64,000 nt of DNA, from assembly GCA_963750165.1 (NCBI GenBank), contig CAVVPN010000003.1, positions 2,144,001-2,208,000 of the forward strand, read 5' to 3'. The notes under the pieces are model-generated. The model had not been told where the DNA came from. It searched no databases and saw nothing but the letters and a program-made list of their open reading frames with translations. Origin of the DNA: an uncultured Gemmataceae bacterium. Its GTDB lineage: Bacteria; Planctomycetota; Planctomycetia; Gemmatales; Gemmataceae. Shown here one piece after another: positions 19,815 through 30,192 of this stretch. Every line of letters begins with the position of its first letter. Within the stretch, counting starts at the first letter, position 1. Position numbers and translations under genes: made by a program.

Positions 19815-21563
19815 ATGAAACGAATCCACAGACTGACATTGCTTGTTCTCCTGTCGCTGGTGATGATCTCCGGTTGCCTGCCGTTGCCCAATCGCCCTGA
19901 ACCTCCGGGAATACTGGCGACCGCACCCCCCCTGGGCTCCCCGGTGGCCAGCGATGGCATCGTGCCTGCGTCCGCCGCCCTCCGCGCACCGACGCAGCCC
20001 TCCCAGGTCGCGCCGCCGCCGCCCCCGCGCGAGCAGGTGTTGGCTCAGGTACAGCTCTTCCCCCCGGCCCCGCTACCGTCTGGCAGCGGCCAGGCGAGCC
20101 TGCCGGCGCCGCCGCTGGAACTGACCGATCTGCCCTTGCCGATCAACCTCGCCACGGCGTTGCGGCTCGCCGATGCCCGGCCGCTCGTCGTGGCCGCCGC
20201 CCAGGCCAGCGCCTGGGTGGCCGAGGCGCAACTCCAGCAGGCCAAGCTCATCTGGGTTCCCGAACTCGATCTGGACGTGGTTTATTTCCGGCACGACGGC
20301 TACGGCCCGGATTTCAACCGCGGTTCCACGGTGCCGTTCGACCTCAACAGCACGAGACTGCCCATCAGCCAGAACCTCAACTATTTCTACGCCGGCGGCG
20401 GCCTCTACACGGTCTTCGCCGTGACGGACGCCATTTTCCAGCCCCTGGCGGCGCGGCAGGTTCTGGATTCGCGGCGCTGGGACATCCAGGCCGCCAAGAA
20501 CGACGCCTTGCTGCTGACGGCCCAGTCCTACTTTGACGTACACCGCTACCGCGGCATGTACGCTGGCGCCCTCGACACCGTCCAGCGCGGCCGCCAGCTG
20601 GTCGAACGCATCCGCCTGCTGAGCGAGGAACTCGTGACCAAGGCCGAGGTCAATCGCGCCCAGCGGCAGCTCGCCGACCTGGAGCAACGGGCCGTCTCCG
20701 CCCGCGAGCAGTGGCGCGTGGCCAGCGCCGACCTGACCCAGGTGCTCCGCCTCGACCCGCGCGCCGTGGTCGTGCCGGTTGAGCACGACCACCTGCAGAT
20801 CACCCTGATCGACCCCGCCCGCCCGCTCGACAACCTGATGCCCATCGGCCTGGCCAACCGCCCCGAACTCAAGGCGCAGCAGGCGCTGATTCAGGCGGCC
20901 CAGGTGCGCATCCGCCAGGAGAAGTTGCGGCCGTTCATCCCCAGCGTCATCATCACGGGCTTCCAGACCCCCGGAGACATGCGTATGCAATTCGGGTTCT
21001 TCGGCACCGGCTCGGACAGCAGCATGAACTTGTGGAGCCTGCGCGACGACATCAGCACGCAGCTCGTCTGGCAGGCCGAGGGCCTGGGCTTTGGGAACCT
21101 GGCGCGGGTCAAGGAGCGGCGCGGCGAAGAGTCGCGGGCCATGGTCGATCTCAACCGCGTCCAGGACATGGTTGCCGCGGACGTGACCCAGGCTCAGGCG
21201 AACCTCCAGTCGGCGGCGGTTCGGGTCAGCCAGGCCGAGCGCTCCTTGCGGGAGGCGCGCATCACCTTCGAGAAGAACTACGAAGGCCTGCGCCAGACCA
21301 CCCGCTTCGAGAACGTTCTGATCCAGGCCTACCGCCCGCAGGAAGCAGTTGTCGCCCTCGCCCGGTTGCGGGACGCCTACGACGAATACTTCGGCACGGT
21401 GGCCGACTACAACCAGGCGCAGTTCCGGCTGTTCCACGCCCTGGGCTACCCCGCCCAGGGAATCTCCAGCCTCCAGCCCCCGGGTGAGGTCGTGCCGGTG
21501 GACACGACGCGGCCCGGCTACCTGCCCGCGGTGGGCGTCGGACCGCCCCCGGCAACTCGGTAA
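19815..21563 (+). CDS. TolC-family outer membrane lipoprotein 3
   Basis: Lipobox ISGC; INLATALRLA, NRPEL and YNQAQFRLFHALG; ends VGVGPPPATR. Confidence 0.9.
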   Translation: MKRIHRLTLLVLLSLVMISGCLPLPNRPEPPGILATAPPLGSPVASDGIVPASAALRAPTQPSQVAPPPPPREQVLAQVQLFPPAPLPSGSGQASLPAPPLELTDLPLPINLATALRLADARPLVVAAAQASAWVAEAQLQQAKLIWVPELDLDVVYFRHDGYGPDFNRGSTVPFDLNSTRLPISQNLNYFYAGGGLYTVFAVTDAIFQPLAARQVLDSRRWDIQAAKNDALLLTAQSYFDVHRYRGMYAGALDTVQRGRQLVERIRLLSEELVTKAEVNRAQRQLADLEQRAVSAREQWRVASADLTQVLRLDPRAVVVPVEHDHLQITLIDPARPLDNLMPIGLANRPELKAQQALIQAAQVRIRQEKLRPFIPSVIITGFQTPGDMRMQFGFFGTGSDSSMNLWSLRDDISTQLVWQAEGLGFGNLARVKERRGEESRAMVDLNRVQDMVAADVTQAQANLQSAAVRVSQAERSLREARITFEKNYEGLRQTTRFENVLIQAYRPQEAVVALARLRDAYDEYFGTVADYNQAQFRLFHALGYPAQGISSLQPPGEVVPVDTTRPGYLPAVGVGPPPATR

Positions 21564-21612
21564 GGGGTGTCCCGAGGGAACGGTAAGTCAAGCGAACGAA
21601 AGGAGTCCTCCG

Positions 21613-23238
21613 ATGAAGCGCCTGGATTGGTGCCTGGTCGCCCTGACAGCCTTGCTGCTGGCGTGCTTCGAACCGGCGCCCGCCCGCGCTCAGTCCCAGG
21701 TCGCGCTCGGGGCGCCCACGGTCCTGACCGCCCAGCCCCAAGGCGCCCCGGAGCAGGTCCTTCCCCCGCCGGAAACTGGTGTATCAGCCGCGGGCCTGAG
21801 GATTGCGTCGCCTGAGCCGACCGACGTGCCGCTGCCGATCAACCTGGCCGCCGCCCTGAAGCTCGCCGATGCCCGGCCGCTGATCGTGGCCGCCGCCCAG
21901 GCCAGCGCCTGGGTGGCCGAGGCGCAGCTCCAGCGCGCCCAGGTTCTCTGGCTCCCCACGCTCAACCTCGGCGCGGATTACGTCCGGCACGACGGCTATG
22001 GGCCGGACTTCAACCGCGGCATCAATACCGCGGCCCGGCCGCTCAACCAGAACGTCAACTTTATGTACGCCGGTGCTGGCATCACCCAGGGCGTCGCCCT
22101 GACCGACGCCATCTTCTCGCCCCTGGCGGCGCGGCAGACCCTCAACGCGCGGCGCTTCGACATCCAGACCGCCAAGAACGACGCCCTGTTACAGACGGCC
22201 CGGGCTTACTTCGACGTACATCGCTACCGCGGCATGTACGCCGGCGCCCTCGACACCGTCCAGCGCGGCCAAAAACTGGTCGAGCGCGTCAAGCTGCTGA
22301 GCGAGGAATTCGTGGCCAAGGCCGAGGTCAACCGTGCCCAGCGGGCGCTCGCGGACCTGGAGCAGATGGCCGCCTCCGCCCGCGAGCAGTGGCGCGTGGC
22401 CAGCGCCGACCTGACCCAGGTGCTCCGCCTCGACCCGCGCGCCGTGGTCGTGCCGGTCGAGCACGACCACCTGCAAATCACCTTGATCGACCCCGCCCGC
22501 CCACTCGACGACCTGATCCCCATCGGCCTGACTAACCGCCCCGAACTGGCGGCGCAGCAGGAACTCGTGCAGGCAGTGCTGGTGCGCATCCGGCAGGAGA
22601 AACTGCGGCCGTTGCTGCCCAGCATTTTGCTCAACGGCTTCCAGACGCCGCAGGAATTGCTTCAGGTTGGTGCCCAGGGCTTCGGCAACGGCGGTAAGTT
22701 GAACCTGTGGGGCTCCCGCGATGACTTCAGCCCTCAGGTGCTGTGGCAAATCAAAGGCATGGGGCTCGGGAATCTCGCGATGATTAAGGAGCAGCGCGGC
22801 GAACAGTCCCGGTCCATCGTGCAGCTGTTCATGGCTCAGGATCGGGTGGCCGCGGACGTGACCCGGGCCCAGGCCCGGCTCCAGTCGGCGGCGGTTCGGG
22901 TCGGCCAGGCCGAGCGCTCCTTGCGCGAGGCCCTCATCACCTACGACAAGAACTACGAGGGCATGCGGCAGACCAAGCGGTTCGGGAATCTCCTGGTCCA
23001 GGCGTACCGGCCGCAGGAAGTGGTCGTCGCCCTGGAGAGTTTGAAGGGGGCTTACGACGAGTATTTCGGCACGGTGGCGGACTACAACCAGGCGCAGTTC
23101 CAGATGTTTTTCGCCCTGGGCTACCCCGCCCAGGAAGTCACCCGATTCCACACCCCCGGCGAGCCCATGCCGGTGGACCCGTCGCGGCCCGGCTACCTGC
23201 CGCCGGTGGGCGTCGGCCCGCCGCCGGCGACCCGTTAA
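21613..23238 (+). CDS. TolC-family outer membrane protein 4 (close paralog of the upstream gene)
   Basis: AGGAG RBS; INLAAALKLA, NRPEL and YNQAQFQMFFALG; ends VGVGPPPATR. Confidence 0.9.
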   Translation: MKRLDWCLVALTALLLACFEPAPARAQSQVALGAPTVLTAQPQGAPEQVLPPPETGVSAAGLRIASPEPTDVPLPINLAAALKLADARPLIVAAAQASAWVAEAQLQRAQVLWLPTLNLGADYVRHDGYGPDFNRGINTAARPLNQNVNFMYAGAGITQGVALTDAIFSPLAARQTLNARRFDIQTAKNDALLQTARAYFDVHRYRGMYAGALDTVQRGQKLVERVKLLSEEFVAKAEVNRAQRALADLEQMAASAREQWRVASADLTQVLRLDPRAVVVPVEHDHLQITLIDPARPLDDLIPIGLTNRPELAAQQELVQAVLVRIRQEKLRPLLPSILLNGFQTPQELLQVGAQGFGNGGKLNLWGSRDDFSPQVLWQIKGMGLGNLAMIKEQRGEQSRSIVQLFMAQDRVAADVTRAQARLQSAAVRVGQAERSLREALITYDKNYEGMRQTKRFGNLLVQAYRPQEVVVALESLKGAYDEYFGTVADYNQAQFQMFFALGYPAQEVTRFHTPGEPMPVDPSRPGYLPPVGVGPPPATR

Positions 23239-23249
23239 GGGCTGCCGAT

Positions 23250-23318
23250 AACGACCAGGCCCCGGTTCCGTTTCGCGCGGACAGAATCCAGGCGAACTGG
23301 AAACGGGGCCTGGTCGTT
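23250..23318. terminator. Inverted repeat between convergent genes (probable terminator or REP)
   Basis: AACGACCAGGCCCCGGTTCC ... GGAAACGGGGCCTGGTCGTT. Confidence 0.55.
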
Positions 23319-23330
23319 TCCGCCTCCGCG

Positions 23331-23803
23331 TCACCGCGGACAGGCCCCGTTCAGACAGGGGCCGCCGAGCGCGTCGATGATGTCCGTGGCACCGGGCACG
23401 GAGGGCTGATAGGGGCCGTTGCCGCCCAGGTGCAGGAGTTGGGCCTCGTCGCGCGGGCGCCGGTGAAAGGGCCAAAGGTGTGGATGCCGGGCGACAGCTC
23501 GGCCCCGAACGGCGGCAGGCCGCCGCCGTCCCAGCCATACGGGGCGTGCGCGTAGTGAACGAACGGCCGACAGTAGCCGCGGTAGTAGGGCACATAGGCG
23601 ACCGGCCGCCAGCGCGTGGAGATCGGCGTCAGCGGGGAGCCGTAATACGGGACGAACGTGCCTTTGTGGTGCGGCGGCCCGTCCGGGCTCTCCAGCGGGG
23701 GAAGAATCGCCACCCCGCGTTCGTTGGCCGCCACCGCCGTCGGGAATGACAGCACCGCGGCGAGGGCCATCGAGCCGACCAGGACTGCGAGCGCTCGTTT
23801 CAT
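23331..23803 (-). CDS. Small secreted Pro/Tyr/Gly-rich hypothetical protein; probable frameshift near 23455
   Basis: AGGAG RBS; signal peptide MKRALAVLVGSMALAAVLSFPTAVA; plausible C-terminus DEAQLLHLGGNGPY... in the adjacent frame. Confidence 0.6.
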
Positions 23804-23975
23804 GGAGATCCTTCTCCTTCTGTGCCCGGGCGAGGGGAAATCCTGCCGTTCTACTTCGTCGCGCGGGCGGGCGGAGGGGGAGACATTGGTGCGCACGGCG
23901 CGGCGGATTCGCTTGCCACTGCCGCAAAGAATGGCACATCCGGCACGACCGGATTGTTGGGCCGCCGCGAACCGC

Positions 23976-26369
23976 TCAGCTCCCCGCCGGCGCCGCCGCC
24001 GCGATTTTGCGGTACGTCCGGATCGCCTGCTGAAACGCCTCCTGCGCCGCGGGACGCTCCTGCTCGGCGATGACCCGGCTGCGGGCCCGCCACAGCTGCT
24101 CGATGCAGGCGGCGCACCACAGCGCACTCTTGCGGCTCGCCCGAATCGGCTGACCGCCAACGATCACGTTGACCGGGTTGGTGTGCAGCTGTGGAAACTG
24201 CCGCAGCGCCACCCAGCTGCTGCGCTCGATCGGCACCTCAAAGATCAGGTCATGCGTCTGATCGTCCGCCGGCACTTCCTTTTTGGCGACCACCTGGCCG
24301 TTGACGATCAGTTCCACCAGCCGCTTGTTGCCCAGCGGCACGGTGCCGCCCTTGGCGGTGCCCAGCGGCGTCGCCTTGGCGAACGCCACCTTCGCCTTGA
24401 CCATCACGGCGCCGGCCCTGGCCAGCTGCACCGCGTCGCCCGAGGACACCCCGTTGACACTGAACTGCAGCGCGTGGGCGTAGCCGTCCGAGACGTAGGA
24501 GCGGCCCTCCGCCAGCGCCTTGCACCAGGCGCGGAAATCGATCTTGTCCACCTTGCCGAGCTGCACGTACACACGGCCCTCGCCGACGCGGCTGCCGCTG
24601 ATGCACGGGAAGTCGGTTTCGCCGCTCACCTTCAGCGGGAAGCCGCAGTTCATGATGTGATACCAGCAGTTCCACTCCGGCACCCGCTGCGTGTCCATCG
24701 CGCTGATGAAGTCGCACAGTCCCTGCGCTGCCGTGACGAAGATTTCCTGGGCGCCGATGCCGTTCAGCTCCGGGATCGCCAGGTTCGGCAGCCGGTTCAT
24801 GACGCGCACGTGGCTGTCGATCAATTCCTTCTCGGACAGCTTGCCGTCGCTGTTGGTGTCGATGGCCTTGAAATCCTCGGGCAGCAGGCCCCTGGCCGCC
24901 TCCTTGGGACTGAGGAACAAATCCTTGTCGGTGTCCAGTTCGCCGAGCAACCGTTTGGCCGCGGCGACGGCGTTGACGTTCAATCCATTGGCGGAGTGAG
25001 CGTAGCCCGTGTAGGCGCCCTGCTTCTTGGCCCAGCGCATCAGCGGCGTCGTCCACGTCGGCCAGCCCTTGGTCTTGGTGCCGTCCGAGCCCGGATAGGT
25101 CTGGTCCTTCAGGTTCAGCAGACAGACATGGCCCAGCGCCTGCGAGCCGAAGCCGCTCACCTCGATGTCGTACTTCAGCAGCGTGAACGGCTCGCTGATC
25201 TTGTTCGGCTCCGCTTCAAAGAACTGCCGTTGAAAATCAAAGCACGGGCCCCAGGTCAAGTTGCAGCCGACATTCAGGCCCTCGCCCTTGACGTGCAGGA
25301 ACATGTCGCGCGGATAAACGCCCTCGGTCGGGCTGGTGTAGTGGGCGCAGCCGGCCGCGTGAATGTGGTGGTCACCCGAGTAGAAGCCGAAGTCCCTCGT
25401 GTTGATCCAGCGCTGCAGCTTCACGTCGATCTTCGCCGAGCCCTTCGCGGGGATGGTCACGGTGCGCCGCAACAGCCGATATTCGGGACCGCGGCCGTAG
25501 TCCATCGTCAGTTCGCCCGGCGGCAGCAGCACCACGTCGCCATCGCCGCGATACACCTGGTCCTGGAAGAAGAAGTCCGGGGCCAGGCGTTTGGCGCGCG
25601 GCGGGTAGACGTTGCCGTGTTTGTCCTTGAAGGTGAAGCGGCCGATGGTCGGCGTGCCGTCGAAGTCGCGCACGCCCAGCTTGACGGTGATGGCCGGCCG
25701 CACGTCGAACAGCACCGGCACCTCGCCGCGGAAGCCGAGGTCCTGCGTCCCCTGGCCGACGTTGAAGCCCAGCGTCGCCTCGCGGGCGCCCGCCGCGCTG
25801 CTGGTAATTAGCGCCAGGGCGTACTCGACTTTCAGGCCGCTCAGGTTCGCCGTCATCGGTGGCTTGCGGAACAGCTCCACGTCCAGGAAATGGTCCTTCG
25901 ACGGCTTGCCCTTGAGCTTCGACGCGCCGCCGGAGAAGACCGGGCCGGCCTGTGGGCTGGCGACACGCAGCTGCGCCGTGACCGTGCTGTCATTGATGAT
26001 TTTGATGACGTGGGGCACATGGCCGGACTGTTGCAGCACCGCCTTCGCTGGGCCGCGGGCCGCCTTGACGCGCGCCTCCGGCGACAGCGTGACGACCACC
26101 AGCACGTGTTTGTCGAGGATTTGCTGGAGTTTTTTGGCGTCCTGATCCTTGACGGCCGCCTGCAACTGCTTCGTGACCTCCGCCGGCAGCGGCGCGCCGA
26201 GGAAGTCGAGCGCCTGCAGCAGACGCTTGACGTTGGCGGCCAGGGGCTGGCCCTCGACCGCGACGGGCGGAATTTCCTGAGCCGAGACGGCCCCGAGCGG
26301 GCACAGGCTCAACAGCGCCAGCGCGGCGGCGACGCCGAGCCGGCGCGGCATGCGCGACACAGCAGCCAT
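23976..26369 (-). CDS. Secreted CehA/McbA-like (PHP-fold) metallohydrolase with EF-hand insert
   Basis: Signal peptide; YSGDHHIH, GHVCLL, YAHSA, SGETDF and HTNPV; EF-hand-like DTDKDLFLSPKE and DTNSDGKLSEKE. Confidence 0.8.
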   Translation of the reverse strand: MAAVSRMPRRLGVAAALALLSLCPLGAVSAQEIPPVAVEGQPLAANVKRLLQALDFLGAPLPAEVTKQLQAAVKDQDAKKLQQILDKHVLVVVTLSPEARVKAARGPAKAVLQQSGHVPHVIKIINDSTVTAQLRVASPQAGPVFSGGASKLKGKPSKDHFLDVELFRKPPMTANLSGLKVEYALALITSSAAGAREATLGFNVGQGTQDLGFRGEVPVLFDVRPAITVKLGVRDFDGTPTIGRFTFKDKHGNVYPPRAKRLAPDFFFQDQVYRGDGDVVLLPPGELTMDYGRGPEYRLLRRTVTIPAKGSAKIDVKLQRWINTRDFGFYSGDHHIHAAGCAHYTSPTEGVYPRDMFLHVKGEGLNVGCNLTWGPCFDFQRQFFEAEPNKISEPFTLLKYDIEVSGFGSQALGHVCLLNLKDQTYPGSDGTKTKGWPTWTTPLMRWAKKQGAYTGYAHSANGLNVNAVAAAKRLLGELDTDKDLFLSPKEAARGLLPEDFKAIDTNSDGKLSEKELIDSHVRVMNRLPNLAIPELNGIGAQEIFVTAAQGLCDFISAMDTQRVPEWNCWYHIMNCGFPLKVSGETDFPCISGSRVGEGRVYVQLGKVDKIDFRAWCKALAEGRSYVSDGYAHALQFSVNGVSSGDAVQLARAGAVMVKAKVAFAKATPLGTAKGGTVPLGNKRLVELIVNGQVVAKKEVPADDQTHDLIFEVPIERSSWVALRQFPQLHTNPVNVIVGGQPIRASRKSALWCAACIEQLWRARSRVIAEQERPAAQEAFQQAIRTYRKIAAAAPAGS

Positions 26370-26597
26370 GACTCTTCTCCCTGGTGCGACGCGGGCAACG
26401 GGTGGAACGCTGGTTTGGGTATACAGCGGCGCCGGGGCGCTGTCCAGGGAAACCCAGAAAGCAGGATGGGGCCGGAAGGTGAAATGAAAAACCGCCACCC
26501 GGGCCGGGGGGGGACCGGCGCACAGGTGGCGGCAGTGTGGCGGACGCGCCGCCGGTGCGGAGCACGGCACTGAAGCGGTTCACGCAGGGCACACGAC

Positions 26598-26655
26598 GTG
26601 GCACGGCTCTCCAGAGCCGTGCGCTTTCCACCACGGCTCTGGAGAGCCGTGCCAC
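26598..26655. repeat. GTGG-type REP doublet
   Basis: GTGGCACGGCTCTCCAGAGCCGTG ... CACGGCTCTGGAGAGCCGTGCCAC; core shared with the REP inside the MITEs. Confidence 0.85.
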
Positions 26656-26685
26656 GGTTTGTGGTCCACGCGCTGGCGAACCGCG

Positions 26686-27216
26686 CTAATTGCAACCGCA
26701 GCCGCCGTTGGCGGAACCAGAACCACCGGTGCCGGAACCGCAGCCGCCATTACCGGGGTCAGTGGCGCCGCCGGGACCGGAGCCAGAGCCGCTGCCGGGA
26801 ATGACCGGCCGCCCAGGTGACCCGGGCGGGGGGGGCAGCATACACGGCTCGCCGAAGAACTGCCGGCAAGAGCCAAACATGAACGTCAGGTCCGTGGTAA
26901 TGTTGCCGCAGCCCACCGAGTTATGGGTGTCCCAGCAGCAAAAGCCCATGGAACGGGCGAAGCTCTTGACGTGGGTGCAGCACTGGTGGTAGAACTTCCC
27001 GATCGGTCCTCGCTCGGGTTCAGGCGGCGGGACGGCGTTCGGCGGCGTGGCGTCGTGCGGGACGACCGGCACGATCGCATACGCCTGGATCACCACCGGG
27101 TTACCGGTCAGCACGGGCGCCGGGGCTGTCGGCACTTGCGCCGCCAGGGGACCGGCCCACCAGGCTCCCAGGGTCACCACCAACGTCAACTCCAACGGCC
27201 ATAGCCAACGGTTCAT
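26686..27216 (-). CDS. Secreted Cys/Gly/Pro-rich hypothetical protein
   Basis: GGAGG RBS; signal peptide; CC..GFCCW..GCG..FGSCRQFFGEPC; ends GGCGCN. Confidence 0.7.
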   Translation of the reverse strand: MNRWLWPLELTLVVTLGAWWAGPLAAQVPTAPAPVLTGNPVVIQAYAIVPVVPHDATPPNAVPPPEPERGPIGKFYHQCCTHVKSFARSMGFCCWDTHNSVGCGNITTDLTFMFGSCRQFFGEPCMLPPPPGSPGRPVIPGSGSGSGPGGATDPGNGGCGSGTGGSGSANGGCGCN

Positions 27217-27413
27217 GCGTCCGACCTCCTGTCTTCCCGTCACCAGTTGCCGCCAACATCCCTTCTATCGGCAACCGCCACCGCCGGGGTTTGCAAAAAA
27301 GCGAAGTTTGGGCAGCGGAGGAAATGAACGAGCCCCGTTTACGTTTCGCGCTGGTAGCAGTCCGCGCGAAGGGTGGCCATGACATGCTCTCCAGCGTGGG
27401 GGCGGAAGGACGG

Positions 27414-28211
27414 TTACTGTTTCACGACCGGCAACTCCTTGACGGTCACCCGCTCTTTCCTGCGGCTGTTGCCGAACAGCTTGTGCCAGACCCACATCAC
27501 CGGGTCGTAATATTCATCCACCACGCGCTCCTTGAGCGGGATGATGCCGTTGTCGGTGATGTGAATGTGTTCGGGGCAGACCTCGGTGCAGCATTTGGTG
27601 ATGTTGCACAGGCCGATGTTCAACTGATCCTTGACCAGCGGCAGCCGATCAACGGTATCCAGCGGGTGCATGTCCAGGCTGGCGACGCGAATCATGAAAC
27701 GCGGGCCGCCGAACATCTCACCTTCCTTCTTGTCGTGGTCGCGCAGCACATGGCAAACGTCCTGGCACAAAAAGCACTCGATGCACTTGCGGAACTCCTG
27801 AACGCGATCGACTTCTTCCTGGGCCATGCGCCAGGTGCCGTCGGCCTCCTTCGGCCCCGGCTTGAACGGCGGGATCATCTTGTTGACGCGGTAGTTCCAG
27901 GACACGTCAGTCACCAGGTCCTTGATGAGCGGGAACGTGTGCATCGGCTGCAACGTGATGGGCCGATCCTGGGGCACGGTGTCCATGCGCGTCATGCACA
28001 TGAGGCGCGGCTTGCCGTTGATCTCCGCGGAGCAGGAGCCGCACTTGCCGGCCTTGCAGTTCCAGCGGCACGCCAGGTCCGGCGCCTGCGTCGCCTGAAT
28101 CTGATGCACGGCGTCCAGCACGACCATGCCCTCGCCGACCTCGGCCGTGTAGGTCTTGTAAGCGCCGCCCGTCTTGTCGCCGCGCCAGATCTGAAAAGTG
28201 GCCGTCGCCAT
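27414..28211 (-). CDS. sdhB: Succinate dehydrogenase/fumarate reductase iron-sulfur subunit
   Basis: CKAGKCGSC, CIECFLCQDVC and CNITKCCTEVCP cluster motifs. Confidence 0.97.
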   Translation of the reverse strand: MATATFQIWRGDKTGGAYKTYTAEVGEGMVVLDAVHQIQATQAPDLACRWNCKAGKCGSCSAEINGKPRLMCMTRMDTVPQDRPITLQPMHTFPLIKDLVTDVSWNYRVNKMIPPFKPGPKEADGTWRMAQEEVDRVQEFRKCIECFLCQDVCHVLRDHDKKEGEMFGGPRFMIRVASLDMHPLDTVDRLPLVKDQLNIGLCNITKCCTEVCPEHIHITDNGIIPLKERVVDEYYDPVMWVWHKLFGNSRRKERVTVKELPVVKQ

Positions 28212-28225
28212 GGGAAACCCTTTCT

Positions 28226-28310
28226 TTGATCCACAGCTGACACAGATTTCACAGATGAAGACAAATCAATTTGATTGTCATCTGCGAAAGCTGTGTCAGC
28301 TGTGGATCAA
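28226..28310. repeat. Palindromic repeat of CACAGAT-like units
   Basis: TTGATCCACAGCTGACACAGATTTCACAGATGA ... TCATCTGCGAAAGCTGTGTCAGCTGTGGATCAA; same family as 50178-50322. Confidence 0.85.
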
Positions 28311-28313
28311 TAC

Positions 28314-30191
28314 TCATGCCAGCTCTTCGGGCAGCTTGCCCTCGTTCTGTTCCTTGATGACCTCTTTCAGTTCCTCGGGCATGGGCGGGATCGGGTCGAG
28401 CCGAATCTGCATCTTGCCGTCGTCGCCCTTCCAGACGACCGAGTTCACCTTGCCGAAATTCTGATTGTCCTTCTTCGCGTAATCAAGGCGAAACTGGCCG
28501 CCGCGGCTCTCCTTGCGCAGCAGAGCCGCCCGCGCGACCGCCTCGGACACCGTCAGCAGGTTGGGCAGGTCCATCGCCGTGTGCCAGCCTGGGTTGTACT
28601 CGCGGTTGCCCGGCGCCTGCACGCGCCGCGCCCGCTGCCAGAGCTGTTGCAAGCCCTCCAGCGCCTTCAGCATCTCGTCCTCCTTGCGGACGATGCCGAC
28701 CAGATCCTGCATCATGTCCTGCAAGTCCTGCTGCACCTTGAACGGGTTCTCCTGACCCTGCGGCGCGTCCATGAACGACAGCGCCCACTTCTCGGTCTCG
28801 TCGATCTGGTCCTGGTGGACCTGGCCGAGGGACTGGCCGCGGGTGTACTGGGCCGCGTGCTCGCCGGCGCGCTTGCCCAGCACCAGCAGGTCCGACAGCG
28901 AGTTGCCGCCCAGCCGGTTGGCGCCGTTGATGCCGGCCGCACACTCGCCGCAGGCGAACAGGCCGGGAATCTTGCTGGACATCTGCGTGTCCGCATCGAC
29001 GCGGACGCCGCCCATGACATAGTGCGTCGTCGGGCCGACCTCCATCGGCTCCTTCGTGATGTCCAGGCCGCCCAGCTCCTTGAATTGATGATACATGCTC
29101 GGCAGCTTCTTCTTCCAGTGCTCCGCCGCGTTGAAGCTCGGCTGCCGCTGCTTCATCCACTTCGCGAACGAGTCCAGTTCCAGGAAGACGCCGCCGTGCG
29201 GACTACCGCGGCCCTCCTTGACCTCGCGCACGATGCAGCGGGCCACGTGGTCGCGCGTCAGCAACTCCGGCGGCCGCCGCGCGTCCTTGCCCTGGTACTG
29301 GGCGCCGATGACGTAGAGGAAACCCTCCTCCTCGTTGTCGGCGGTCTGCGGCTTGTAGTTGTCCGGGATGTCGCCGAACAGGAAGCGGACGCCCTTGTTG
29401 TTGCGCAGGACGCCGCCCTCGCCGCGAACGCCCTCGGTCACCAGGATGCCGCGGACGCTCGGCGGCCAGACCATGCCGGTCGGGTGGAACTGGATGAACT
29501 CCATGTCGATCAGCTCGGCGCCGGCGTTGTAGGCCAGGGCGTGGCCGTCGCCGGTGTACTCCCAGCTGTTGCTGGTGATCTTGTACGCCTTGCCAATGCC
29601 GCCGGTCGCCAGCACCACCGCCTTCGCCCGGAACAGCACGAAACGGCCGAGTTCGCGATAGTAGCCCAGCGCCCCGGCGATGCGGTCGCCGTCCTTGAGC
29701 AGACGGATGATCGTGCATTCCATGTACACGCTCATGCCCTGGTGGACGCCGTGATCTTGTAGCGTGCGGATCATCTCCAGGCCGGTGCGGTCGCCGACGT
29801 GCGCCAGCCGCGGATACTTGTGGCCGCCGAAATTGCGCTGCAGAATGCGGCCGTCTTTCGTGCGGTCGAAGACGGCTCCCCAGGCCTCCAGCTCACGGAC
29901 GCGATCCGGCGCTTCCTGGGCGTGCAGCTGGGCCATGCGCCAGTTGTTGACGTACTGGCCGCCGCGCATGGTGTCGGCGAAATGCACCTTCCAGCTGTCG
30001 CGGTTATCGACGTTGGCCAGCGCCGCCGCGATGCCGCCCTCCGCCATGACCGTGTGCGCCTTGCCCAGCAGCGACTTGCACACCAGCCCCACCGACACGC
30101 CCGCCGCCGACGCCTCGATGGCAGCACGCAGCCCCGCGCCGCCGGCGCCGATCACCAGCACGTCGTGTTCATGCGATTGATAGTTGACCAT
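28314..30191 (-). CDS. sdhA: Succinate dehydrogenase/fumarate reductase flavoprotein
   Basis: GAGGAG FAD motif, KAHTVMAEGG, QFHPTG, TEGVRGEGG, HYVMGG and GANRLGGNSL. Confidence 0.97.
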   Translation of the reverse strand: MVNYQSHEHDVLVIGAGGAGLRAAIEASAAGVSVGLVCKSLLGKAHTVMAEGGIAAALANVDNRDSWKVHFADTMRGGQYVNNWRMAQLHAQEAPDRVRELEAWGAVFDRTKDGRILQRNFGGHKYPRLAHVGDRTGLEMIRTLQDHGVHQGMSVYMECTIIRLLKDGDRIAGALGYYRELGRFVLFRAKAVVLATGGIGKAYKITSNSWEYTGDGHALAYNAGAELIDMEFIQFHPTGMVWPPSVRGILVTEGVRGEGGVLRNNKGVRFLFGDIPDNYKPQTADNEEEGFLYVIGAQYQGKDARRPPELLTRDHVARCIVREVKEGRGSPHGGVFLELDSFAKWMKQRQPSFNAAEHWKKKLPSMYHQFKELGGLDITKEPMEVGPTTHYVMGGVRVDADTQMSSKIPGLFACGECAAGINGANRLGGNSLSDLLVLGKRAGEHAAQYTRGQSLGQVHQDQIDETEKWALSFMDAPQGQENPFKVQQDLQDMMQDLVGIVRKEDEMLKALEGLQQLWQRARRVQAPGNREYNPGWHTAMDLPNLLTVSEAVARAALLRKESRGGQFRLDYAKKDNQNFGKVNSVVWKGDDGKMQIRLDPIPPMPEELKEVIKEQNEGKLPEELA

Positions 30192-30192
30192 C

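Noticed and set aside
19177..19818. Short ORFs between obgE and TolC 3
   Set aside because: They have no recognisable motifs or coding-like bias; the region contains repeats and an AT-rich probable promoter area.
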